A stretch of DNA of 32,000 nucleotides from Candidatus Hadarchaeales archaeon (lineage in GTDB: Archaea; Hadarchaeota; Hadarchaeia; Hadarchaeales; Hadarchaeaceae). The DNA lies in assembly GCA_038823825.1 (NCBI GenBank), contig JAWBCC010000002.1, positions 210,001-242,000 of the forward strand. Reading direction: 5' to 3'. A program made the translations under genes and the position numbers. Positions 1 to 7,767 of this stretch are shown here, in pieces. The stretch's first letter is position 1. Every line of letters begins with the position of its first letter. The notes below the pieces were generated by a model. It did not search any database. It was not told the origin of the DNA and saw only the letters and a list, made by a program, of their open reading frames with translations.

Positions 1-1533
1 GACAACAATTTGAAGAGCGTGTGGGACAAGATTTCGAAGGAACTCTCAAAACAGTGGGGAGTTTCACTGATTTCAATGAACCAGGAGAACAACACGATAA
101 CCTTTGAAGTGGGGTCTGCCGTTACCTCCACACAGCTCAGGAACATGCTGCCTAACGGAGAAATTCTAGAGATCAAAAGTGGGAAATCAGAAAGGTTAAC
201 GGAAAGAATCATCAAGATTTTGGAGCGCCGTTTAGATCCATACGGTCTTCTCGGAGAAAGGATCAGATGGGCAGGTGATAATCTCATATTGATCGAGACT
301 AGCAGAGAAATAAAGCCAGAGTTGCTCACAGCAAGGGGAAGGCTCGAAATATTCGTGGATGAAGACCTAGCGGCCACACCTGCGGACATTTTGGGATTCG
401 GCAAGACGTCTCATGAAGGCAGTGTCGGTTTGATTCCAGTTTACTTCACATCAGATGGCAGAAAGAACTTTAACTCCTTCGTAATTGGCAGACGATATTC
501 ATACATTTTCTTTTTCCTTGATAGACCACACGATGGAATTGTGATTTTCGACCCCGAAGACTTGACCGACTTGGAGGAATTTTTCTTTGACAATGAGAGC
601 GGATTTTTCGTGGAAAATACCTCAAAAGTTGCGATAAGGGTTCAAGCTTTTCCAAGTCCAAAGGATTGGATGAGCGACAACCTTGCGGATTATCTAGTCA
701 GTCACTTTGGTGAAAAGGTGAGAGTCATTCTTTTGGGGAGCAGAGAGGAATTCTCGGACGAATTTCTGATGAGGATTCCATCATCTTACCGGATCGAGTT
801 TTTGGAGAGAAGGAATGGTGAAACGTCGGATGAATGGCTGAGGAGGGCTCTGGGTTTCTTGATCGGAGTCCCGGTTAGTAGCTCCTTAGCAGAGAATGGC
901 GTCGCCGAAGGTTCGGGAATAAATCTACCAGTCCCGGCCGGGATGTCGAAGGCAGTAGACCTCAGACACATACTTCTGAATCCTCTGCCAGCCGTTGTCC
1001 ATCTTTCCTCTATCGGAACTGTTGAAGAGGAGAAAGTCCTTACTCCCAATAAATACTTCTTTGCATGTTTTGCTCCAATTGCGCTGTTTTCTCTTGTCGT
1101 TCTCTTTCTCTCGAGATCTCTAAGGTTGACATCAATATTTTTCATCTTCAATTTCTGCATGCTCATAATATCGCTGGGTCTCTTCTCACTCCTAGGAATG
1201 CGCCTCACTCCAGAGTCGCTGATTGCAGGAGTGATAATAGTTTCTCTTTCGATTACATGTTCGCTGCAAATACTCTTCGAGATGCTTGGAGGCTTCAAAC
1301 TAGCAGAGGGAGTTCAGATCGGGTGGAGGAAAGAAAAAGCCTTAGCTCCGGTTTATCTCTGGGCTCTGATCATCTCACTAGCATTGATAGTAGTTTCTTT
1401 ATCTGGTTTTAGATTTCTCCTACCTTTTTCCATTTCGTGCCTTCTCTGGCTGATAATTTTATCCACATTCGGACTTCCAGTTTTAGCCTCAATGATTGAG
1501 CGGGCAACGACTTTAAAGAAGGAGAAGACTTAA
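1..1533 (+). CDS. SecD-like protein-export membrane protein (5'-partial, frame open to window edge)
   Basis: There is no stop between position 1 and the TTG at 10, so the N-terminus, including the expected TM1, probably lies upstream. LTERIIKILERRLDPYGLLGERIRWAGDNLILIETS...ARGRLEIF resembles the SecD periplasmic-head motif, and YIFFFLDRPHDGIVIF resembles the laivLD..v.saP segment. Five C-terminal hydrophobic helices follow. Family call is from motif memory only. Confidence 0.5.
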   Translation, partial: DNNLKSVWDKISKELSKQWGVSLISMNQENNTITFEVGSAVTSTQLRNMLPNGEILEIKSGKSERLTERIIKILERRLDPYGLLGERIRWAGDNLILIETSREIKPELLTARGRLEIFVDEDLAATPADILGFGKTSHEGSVGLIPVYFTSDGRKNFNSFVIGRRYSYIFFFLDRPHDGIVIFDPEDLTDLEEFFFDNESGFFVENTSKVAIRVQAFPSPKDWMSDNLADYLVSHFGEKVRVILLGSREEFSDEFLMRIPSSYRIEFLERRNGETSDEWLRRALGFLIGVPVSSSLAENGVAEGSGINLPVPAGMSKAVDLRHILLNPLPAVVHLSSIGTVEEEKVLTPNKYFFACFAPIALFSLVVLFLSRSLRLTSIFFIFNFCMLIISLGLFSLLGMRLTPESLIAGVIIVSLSITCSLQILFEMLGGFKLAEGVQIGWRKEKALAPVYLWALIISLALIVVSLSGFRFLLPFSISCLLWLIILSTFGLPVLASMIERATTLKKEKT

Positions 1534-1782
1534 AACACCAAATATTCCCGTGATCACCAAGAAAGCAATGAAAATAAACTCTAACTCTAATTTTTGCAGG
1601 ATCTTTCTGCCGGCATGGAAAAGAAGAAGGAGACCTGCAAAGAGAAACCACCACACCACGCAGGAGATTTCCAAAACTCCGACTTTTAGTATCGAAAGCA
1701 CGAAGGCTAAGAACCCGGCGGCTAAAAGAAGTATACAGACCGGATATAAAATAATCATTAGAATTGCCAGATTTTTTCTCAT
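1513..1782 (-). CDS. small hydrophobic membrane protein (~89 aa, ~3 TM), hypothetical
   Basis: The ATG at 1782 overlaps the DUF61 stop as ATGA (1779-1782). The product MRKNLAILMIILYPVCILLLAAGFLAF... is almost entirely hydrophobic. The ORF-track start at 1809 would overlap DUF61 and is less likely. The 3' end overlaps the SecD-like stop convergently by 21 nt. Confidence 0.45.
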   Translation of the reverse strand: MRKNLAILMIILYPVCILLLAAGFLAFVLSILKVGVLEISCVVWWFLFAGLLLLFHAGRKILQKLELEFIFIAFLVITGIFGVLSLLLL

Positions 1783-2177
1783 GTTATCCCGCTTATGAAG
1801 ACGTAACAAGTTGTGGTCGGAAATCTTCTTCTCAGCTCCGCGATTTCCGGACGGTAGATTAACAATTCATTTGCAGGTTCCCTCTTCAAGATACTGCTGA
1901 TAACCTTGGACTCCAGGCTCCCAGAAATCCTTGCTGTCCCTCTCCCCAAACTAGGATTTATCTCGATCAATATGGGAAGCATGAGCTTCTCAGCCTCTTT
2001 ATCATCAACCAACTTCGCCAGCTCCTCTAACTCTTTCCTGTCAAATGAATGGATTTTCCCGCTTTTGGTTATGACAAATGGGTTTTCGCTGCGGAGAGCA
2101 TCCATTAGCGAGATTCTGTTTCTTGGCAAGTGCATGTTGAGCCTGTTTAACTCTACTTTTACGAGCTCTTCATTCAT
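1779..2177 (-). CDS. UPF0216/DUF61 family archaeal protein
   Basis: LNRLNMHLPRNRISLMDAL...ENPFVITKSGKIHSFDRKELEELAKLV...LMLPILIEI...GRG...YRPEIAELRRRFPTTTCYVF matches the DUF61 pattern (hLP..r.sL..LL....P.v....G..h.F...EL..L......l.LPI.le....YRpe...lRrklPTTT.y.F). Its ATG overlaps the atpD stop as ATGA at 2174-2177. Confidence 0.75.
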   Translation of the reverse strand: MNEELVKVELNRLNMHLPRNRISLMDALRSENPFVITKSGKIHSFDRKELEELAKLVDDKEAEKLMLPILIEINPSLGRGTARISGSLESKVISSILKREPANELLIYRPEIAELRRRFPTTTCYVFISGIT

Positions 2178-2809
2178 CTTCTCTCCCTCAGGGTTTTCAT
2201 TCTTTTCAATCTGACAAAGTTATCTCTTTCAATCTCGCCGAGTTTCATCTCTATCATTCTTATAGTCTCCCTTACTTCGGGAATTATGACGTGTTCGAGC
2301 GCGTTTACTCTTCTTTTTGTCTTTTCAAGCTCCTCTGCGATCGCTAGAAGGGAAGATTCTAGCTCTGCAAGCTTGCAGAGATACTTTAAGGTCTCTTCAA
2401 ACTTTTCTGCAACTTTGTCGAGCAACGGATTACTCGTGTAGAGCCCATAACCTCTCTCTGTAACCTTTTTCTCCCTCGCATGAACGGTTACGAGCGGAGT
2501 TTCCACACCCATGATCAACTTGCTTGAGATTTCTACCTTGAAATCTTTCCTCACCTCCCTCATATGCTGAAGTGTTTCTAAAGTACCGTTAACACCAAGA
2601 CAAACGGTAAGCAGTCTGTGAGCTTCTTCTAGGCTTTTAAATGCAACTTTTTTTGCATACGTTACCTCTCTTGCGATGTAGAAGAATTCCATGACTAGTG
2701 CATCCATCTTCTCCTGAAGCAAATCTTTTCCTCTCTGGGCCAAGACAAGCTTTTTTCTGAGATTTATCAATTCCATTCTAGTTTGAGAAGTCGCTGAAGG
2801 CATTGCCAT
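2174..2809 (-). CDS. atpD: A/V-type ATP synthase subunit D
   Basis: The N-terminus TRMELINLRKKLVLAQRGKDLLQEKMDALVMEF is typical of AtpD. The 211 aa length and coiled-coil character fit, and the gene sits 1 nt after the atpF stop. Confidence 0.92.
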   Translation of the reverse strand: MAMPSATSQTRMELINLRKKLVLAQRGKDLLQEKMDALVMEFFYIAREVTYAKKVAFKSLEEAHRLLTVCLGVNGTLETLQHMREVRKDFKVEISSKLIMGVETPLVTVHAREKKVTERGYGLYTSNPLLDKVAEKFEETLKYLCKLAELESSLLAIAEELEKTKRRVNALEHVIIPEVRETIRMIEMKLGEIERDNFVRLKRMKTLRERR

Positions 2810-2810
2810 T

Positions 2811-3134
2811 TCATTCCTCCCTCCTTATCACAACCTTAGTTCCAAGTGTTCTGGTGACGGCTTTTTCTGTGAGATCAACTTTTGGTTTTCTACCCTTGCT
2901 GTCCGGTATAGGAATTACTATTGGGAAAACTTCTTTTTTCATCCTGTCTAGTTCGAGTTCTTCGGCCACAGAGGCGGTAACGAATATTATCCCCATCTCG
3001 GGGTCTTCCATCATTTTCTTCAGATTTGCTAGGTTTTCCTCCATAGTTCCAGCTGTGTAGAGTTCCCCAACCCCAGCCAATCCGAAGCCGATAATAGTTT
3101 CGAGATCTCCGATTACGCCAACCTTTTGCCTCAC
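2811..3134 (-). CDS. atpF: A/V-type ATP synthase subunit F
   Basis: KVGVIGDLETIIGFGLAGV...GIIFVT is the AtpF signature. The product is 107 aa and overlaps atpC by 4 nt. Confidence 0.9.
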   Translation of the reverse strand: MRQKVGVIGDLETIIGFGLAGVGELYTAGTMEENLANLKKMMEDPEMGIIFVTASVAEELELDRMKKEVFPIVIPIPDSKGRKPKVDLTEKAVTRTLGTKVVIRREE

Positions 3135-4249
3135 ATCATCGCCTCTGTGGCGAGAATCTTGTTTATTTCATCCTGCGTAAATCCGGCGCTCTTCATCCTA
3201 AGTAGCACACGAAGATTCTCCAGCTCTCTTTCTTTCATAAGGATATACACAATGATTGGGCATATCGAGAAGAAGTTTTTCATCGCCATCCACTTGGTTT
3301 TAGTTATGAGTGCACTTTTTAGAATTTTCTCCACATCTTCCACATCTCTTATTCTCTCAAGCTGTTTTTGAAGAGTCTCACCAACAGCGGTTATTCTTAT
3401 CGCATGTATAGCCGATTTCAAATCTTCGGCTAGCACAACTGCTCTGAACATCTCCGGTGTGAGTTCATGGCTAGGCAAAATCAGATACCTTTCGATCTCA
3501 TAATATGAAAGCCCGGATCTCTTCATCCTAAGGGAAATGACGAGGTTGATGGAATCTATCCAAAATCCAAAAATCTCGCGTAAAAGCTTCCTGTCCTCCT
3601 TTGTCTGGTTAACGGTTTTCCAAAGAGAGTCCCAGTAATGCTTCTCGACTGCCGAGATGAGTGCCACGACGCCATATCGTCCATAATCATCCATAGCCTT
3701 AACAATAAGATCGTAGTATTCTTCTCCTTTCAGAAACTCCAAAAGGCTCTCGATCGATTGCGCTGAAGCGAGCAATTCGAACCTTTGAAGATTCTCTGTC
3801 GGACATGGCAAAAGTCGAGTCACTATCTCCTCTTTTGGGATTCCATCGTGTATCCCGAGAATCACAGTTTTTAAGTTCAGCATGGCTCGATAGCCCAAAA
3901 GTCTCTTGATGATTGGTTTTGTAGATCTTGGTATAATCTCCAATATCTCCGAAAACTCCCTGCAGACATTCTCGTGCATTTCCTTTTCGGTCTTCAACCA
4001 ATCTAAGCTACCGTCTGGTTCTAATGTGATTTTACGTCCAATTTCCTCGAGTTGTTTGACTACATTTGTAACATCCGGAGCTCTGACGAACTCGATGAGC
4101 TTTTCTCCCGTCAGGAGAGTCGTTTCTCTGCTGCTCACAACCGTGTTGCAGAAAGCATATGACATAATCTTGCTTACCCATCTGCCGAACCATATCAGAA
4201 AAACCAATATGCCCGCAGCTGAGAGGATGAGTAAAATCAAAATGTTCAT
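3131..4249 (-). CDS. atpC: A/V-type ATP synthase subunit C (V0-d-like), with a possible 28-aa hydrophobic N-terminal extension
   Basis: From M29 (ATG at 4165) the sequence MSYAFCNTVVSSRETTLLTGEKL... follows the usual AtpC start (YaY.narvra....LL). The body is helical, about 345 aa, and sits between atpE and atpF. The upstream ATG at 4249 lies 2 nt after the atpE stop. Confidence 0.88.
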   Translation of the reverse strand: MNILILLILSAAGILVFLIWFGRWVSKIMSYAFCNTVVSSRETTLLTGEKLIEFVRAPDVTNVVKQLEEIGRKITLEPDGSLDWLKTEKEMHENVCREFSEILEIIPRSTKPIIKRLLGYRAMLNLKTVILGIHDGIPKEEIVTRLLPCPTENLQRFELLASAQSIESLLEFLKGEEYYDLIVKAMDDYGRYGVVALISAVEKHYWDSLWKTVNQTKEDRKLLREIFGFWIDSINLVISLRMKRSGLSYYEIERYLILPSHELTPEMFRAVVLAEDLKSAIHAIRITAVGETLQKQLERIRDVEDVEKILKSALITKTKWMAMKNFFSICPIIVYILMKERELENLRVLLRMKSAGFTQDEINKILATEAMM

Positions 4250-4251
4250 GC

Positions 4252-4863
4252 CTACCCTCTTAAGAGTTGAGCGATCTTCATTCTGATTTTTTCTCTGTTT
4301 CGTTCAATTATGCTTTCAATCGTTTGATCAACCGCAACTTTTCCATTTTCGGATTCTATTCTTATGCCGCCTATTGCTTGGATTGGATTCCCGAGCATCA
4401 CAGCTTTTCCACTCTTTTTAGAGATTTCACCAACTTTAGTGTTGAGGAATTTTAGATCTCGTCGATTGGCGCGTAAAACGACGCTCCCATCTTCGAAATC
4501 CGCGCAGGATTTTATGGAGATCTCTAAAAGCCATTTTTGATATTCCGATCTTTCACAAAGTTTTTCCATTTTTTTCACGATTTGTTTGAAAATTTCGTCA
4601 ATTATTTTTTCCCTTTCCGAGAAAAAGTTCATTCTTGCTTTGAATTTCTCCTCAGCAATCATTTTTTCTTTTAGAGACTTTCCCTCTTCTTCGGCTTTTC
4701 TCAGCTTTGCAATTTTCTCCTTCTCAGTTTGGATTTTCGCCGTGCTCAAAATGGCTTCGGCTTCCTTTTCTGCTTTTTCGATTATCTCGTTTGCCTTCTT
4801 CTTGGCTTGGTCTAAAATATCCTTCACTACGCTTTCGATATCTTTTTTCTCCGTTTGCCACAC
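4252..4863 (-). CDS. atpE: A/V-type ATP synthase subunit E
   Basis: The N-terminal half is charged coiled-coil (IIEKAEKEAEAILSTAKIQTEKEK...) and the C-terminus is globular (GGIRIESENGKVAVDQTIESIIER). GTG start, 203 aa, correct operon position. Confidence 0.88.
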   Translation of the reverse strand: MWQTEKKDIESVVKDILDQAKKKANEIIEKAEKEAEAILSTAKIQTEKEKIAKLRKAEEEGKSLKEKMIAEEKFKARMNFFSEREKIIDEIFKQIVKKMEKLCERSEYQKWLLEISIKSCADFEDGSVVLRANRRDLKFLNTKVGEISKKSGKAVMLGNPIQAIGGIRIESENGKVAVDQTIESIIERNREKIRMKIAQLLRG

Positions 4864-4875
4864 CTCCGAGGAGAC

Positions 4876-5346
4876 TTAGGGAATTATCGCTTTGCTCGTC
4901 AGCATCAAAATTGTTGCCAGCAAACCCAGAATCGCGTAGAGTTCTACCATCACTGTGTACATCATACCCGCCGTGAACACCTCAGGTTTTTTTGCGACCG
5001 CTGCCACGCTTGCAGTCGCGACTTTTCCCTGAAATATCGCTGTGAAACCTTGCAATATCGCCGGGAGTGCAGCGGCCAGGATAGCGAATCCGACAACTCC
5101 GGCCTTTAAACCAGTGCCCAAAACTCCGGTAAAAATGAGTATCATAAATCCCGCGATGAATCCATATATGCCTTGGGTTCCGGGTAAGACCTCTAGAATG
5201 AAAAGCTTGGAGAATTTTTTGGGATCTTCGGCAGTGGCTGCAGCTGCGGCCATTCCAGCCATCGCTACTCCTATTGCAGACATTATCCCAGGAATTGCTA
5301 CAGCAAGTCCAGCGGCAAGCACCACCAAAGCCAAGTCATTTACCAC
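4876..5346 (-). CDS. atpK: A/V-type ATP synthase proteolipid subunit K/c, duplicated 4-helix (16-kDa type)
   Basis: 156 aa forming two Ala/Gly-rich hairpins. Helix 2 reads LPGTQGIYGF and helix 4 reads VMVELYAILGL, carrying the single canonical carboxylate. The GTG start is preceded by GAAGGTGGG. Confidence 0.9.
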   Translation of the reverse strand: MVNDLALVVLAAGLAVAIPGIMSAIGVAMAGMAAAAATAEDPKKFSKLFILEVLPGTQGIYGFIAGFMILIFTGVLGTGLKAGVVGFAILAAALPAILQGFTAIFQGKVATASVAAVAKKPEVFTAGMMYTVMVELYAILGLLATILMLTSKAIIP

Positions 5347-5370
5347 TGTTATCCCACCTTCTTTTACTAT

Positions 5371-7395
5371 TCACTTCCCTTTTTTTAGTTTTGTGTATTT
5401 CCTTTTTGCCTTGAAGGGGGAAAACTTTCTTCCATCGCCTTCATAAAATTTCCCGAAAAATTCCATGAAATGTAAACGCATTGTGTGTATGAAACCACCC
5501 AACGTATTTATGAATATATTAAAACAATGAGCAACGAAGAAGATGAATGCCAGAAGACAGGCGGAAATTGCAGCGACTAGGATGTTCGGAAAACTATTAG
5601 CGAAAGGGGTAACCATCCATCCCCAGAAGACCGAAACTATGAAATTTATGGAAAATGCTATAACACCACTTGCTATTGCGAGTGCCATTAGTCGGGTGTA
5701 GGATGCTACATCCGCAACAAAGCTCGTTATTCCGTAGACTGTGTTAATGGCTTCTCCGATTTTTGATCGAATGGTTTCTCCCTTTAGCAGAGCCCCTACA
5801 ACACCTAACAGGACCCCACAGTAGAAAATAGCTCTCAAAATTCCGACGGGTTTAGGTGACGTGGCAAACGGATTGAACGCCTCGAACATTTCTATCTTTG
5901 GAAAAGTGTATGCAATCCCCAAATCTCGGAAACTTACACCGATAATGCAGAAAGCTAAGCCGAAAAAACCGAGAACAATCAAAACCCTCGAAATCCGCTC
6001 AAAGAGTAGAGATCTCCAATCTTTTCTGAGGAGATCTTTGATCACACCGGCAATTCCCAGTCCAAACAGTATGTGTAGAATCCCGATAAGAACAACGAGT
6101 TTTAGAAAAGGTATCGGATTCTCAATCGGATTCACCCAAAATCCGCCTCCAAATCCAAAACACCCTCCAACGAAAATCCCAACGATCACTCCTGTTAGAC
6201 TGCAGACTGCAAGCATCCGGCGAACGTTTGTTGGAAAGATTTTGGCTATCCAGACGCCAGAAAGTAAGAAAGCTGCAAGCGCGAGTCCATAGCCTGCATC
6301 TGATAGGGTTATTGCGAAAAATATCGGAAAAGTTAGGGAGAGGAATGGTGTAGGATCCACCTCATCATATCTTGGGACGCCGTACATTTCTGTAAGAAGT
6401 TCGAAATCTTTGACGATTTTTGGATTTTCTAGCTCGGTAGGTGCTTCTTGACTTTCTTCTTCTCTCAGGATACATATGCCATCCGTCGCCGTTTTTAAGG
6501 TTTTTTCAAGCATCCGTATTTTTCCGCGAGGAATCCATCCCTCCATCACAACCGTTGCTTCTGTGAATCCGAGTAAATTGTTTGTTTCTGCTCTTTCCAA
6601 GACGTTCACAACCATTTCCTCGACCGCGCAGATTTCCGGAGAAGATTTTTTAGCCAAGGTTTGTTTCGTGCGTTCAAGTTTCTCTTTTTCGTCATTTAAC
6701 TTTTCAAGCTCCTCTTCGAGTCTCTTCAAGTTTTCGTCTATTTTACCCTCGAGTGGTGGGATTTCGATTAGCTCGAACTCGTGCCTGTAAAAGATCGGAA
6801 GAAGTTTTTGGGACTCTTCAGAGGGGACAAGAACAAGAACGTTTCTCCTTTCTCCGGCTTTTGAAGCCAAGATAAAGATTTTACCGGCGAAAGTTTCACG
6901 CAAATCCTCCCCAAAGGATTTCAGTTTTTCCTCCGGGATTCTTCCAAAGAAAGCTCTGAAGTATTCTGTGGAGCGCAAAAGACTCAGGTCACACTCCGGG
7001 CATATCTCACCAAGCAACTTTAACTTTTCGATAATGTTTAAAATCTCCTCTTTTTTGCTCTCAATTCTCTCCAGTCTTTCGGCAAGTTCAGAGGTAATAG
7101 GTTCAATTCTTCCAAGTATTTTTTCCGCTCTTTTTATCACGTAGTCAAAACTTTCATTCCTGATCGACATCTTTTTTGCGGAAATCTCTCCCAAGAATTC
7201 CCTCAATTTGGACAGCCTTTTGGCGAGATCTCTCAACTTTTCTATTTCTTCCTGTGCGATTTTCTTTGCAAGTCTTTTATCTTCTGTTTCCTTAAGCTCC
7301 ACGATTCCTCTTTCGTGGAGCTCCAAGATCACCCTATTGTGATATCTTGCGGGGTAAATCGCGAAGAGTTTGCTCATTCTTTTTGGCCTAAGCAT
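5371..7395 (-). CDS. atpI: A/V-type ATP synthase subunit I (a-subunit)
   Basis: 674 aa. The N-terminal half is cytoplasmic coiled-coil (MSKLFAIYPARYHNRVILELHERGIVEL) and the C-terminal half is multi-TM, including the conserved YTRLMALAIAS arginine helix. Confidence 0.92.
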   Translation of the reverse strand: MLRPKRMSKLFAIYPARYHNRVILELHERGIVELKETEDKRLAKKIAQEEIEKLRDLAKRLSKLREFLGEISAKKMSIRNESFDYVIKRAEKILGRIEPITSELAERLERIESKKEEILNIIEKLKLLGEICPECDLSLLRSTEYFRAFFGRIPEEKLKSFGEDLRETFAGKIFILASKAGERRNVLVLVPSEESQKLLPIFYRHEFELIEIPPLEGKIDENLKRLEEELEKLNDEKEKLERTKQTLAKKSSPEICAVEEMVVNVLERAETNNLLGFTEATVVMEGWIPRGKIRMLEKTLKTATDGICILREEESQEAPTELENPKIVKDFELLTEMYGVPRYDEVDPTPFLSLTFPIFFAITLSDAGYGLALAAFLLSGVWIAKIFPTNVRRMLAVCSLTGVIVGIFVGGCFGFGGGFWVNPIENPIPFLKLVVLIGILHILFGLGIAGVIKDLLRKDWRSLLFERISRVLIVLGFFGLAFCIIGVSFRDLGIAYTFPKIEMFEAFNPFATSPKPVGILRAIFYCGVLLGVVGALLKGETIRSKIGEAINTVYGITSFVADVASYTRLMALAIASGVIAFSINFIVSVFWGWMVTPFANSFPNILVAAISACLLAFIFFVAHCFNIFINTLGGFIHTMRLHFMEFFGKFYEGDGRKFSPFKAKRKYTKLKKGK

Positions 7396-7705
7396 TCAAG
7401 CCCTCCAAAATTTCCTTTACGATGAGCTCTGCTATTTCCTCGCTTCTTTTTTCAGCAATCTCTCTGAGTTTTTTCAACTCTCGTTCAAAATCTTTTTTGA
7501 TTTTCGAAACTTCTTCTTCCACTTCTTTTTCATATTTTTTCCTCAAGTTTTCTTCAGCTTTTTTGACTTCTCTATGAGCGTTTTGTCGGATTTCATCAGC
7601 TCGCTTTCTCGCCTCTTCAACGATTTTTTTTGCCTCGACCTCTGCTTCTTCCACTAATTCTCTGGCTTCTTTCTCAGCTTTCAAAATTTTTTCGAGGTAT
7701 TCCAT
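7388..7705 (-). CDS. atpH: A/V-type ATP synthase subunit H (peripheral-stalk, G-like)
   Basis: 105 aa, all charged helix (ILKAEKEARELVEEAEVEAKKIVEEARKRADEI). It is the first gene of the minus-strand atp block and overlaps atpI by 8 nt. Confidence 0.8.
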   Translation of the reverse strand: MEYLEKILKAEKEARELVEEAEVEAKKIVEEARKRADEIRQNAHREVKKAEENLRKKYEKEVEEEVSKIKKDFERELKKLREIAEKRSEEIAELIVKEILEGLNA

Positions 7706-7761
7706 TTCTACCTCAACCCTATATAATGCGTCCCTCGAATATTAAGATTTGATAAATCAGG
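7706..7761. promoter_or_regulatory. 56-bp bidirectional promoter region between atpH and atpA
   Basis: There are two AT-rich boxes, CTATATAAT (7719-7727) and GAATATTAAG (7738-7747). Each is placed roughly 25-35 nt upstream of the start on one strand, so the two core promoters would interdigitate. Confidence 0.35.
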
Positions 7762-7767
7762 GTGAAC

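Noticed and set aside
786-1298. 170-aa minus-strand ORF, plus other ORFs at 470-661 and 1065-1412, inside the SecD-like gene
   Set aside because: They are antisense or out-of-frame shadows of a longer ORF with recognisable motifs. Their composition is Ser/Arg/Pro-rich and low-complexity, and they have no SD or promoter context.
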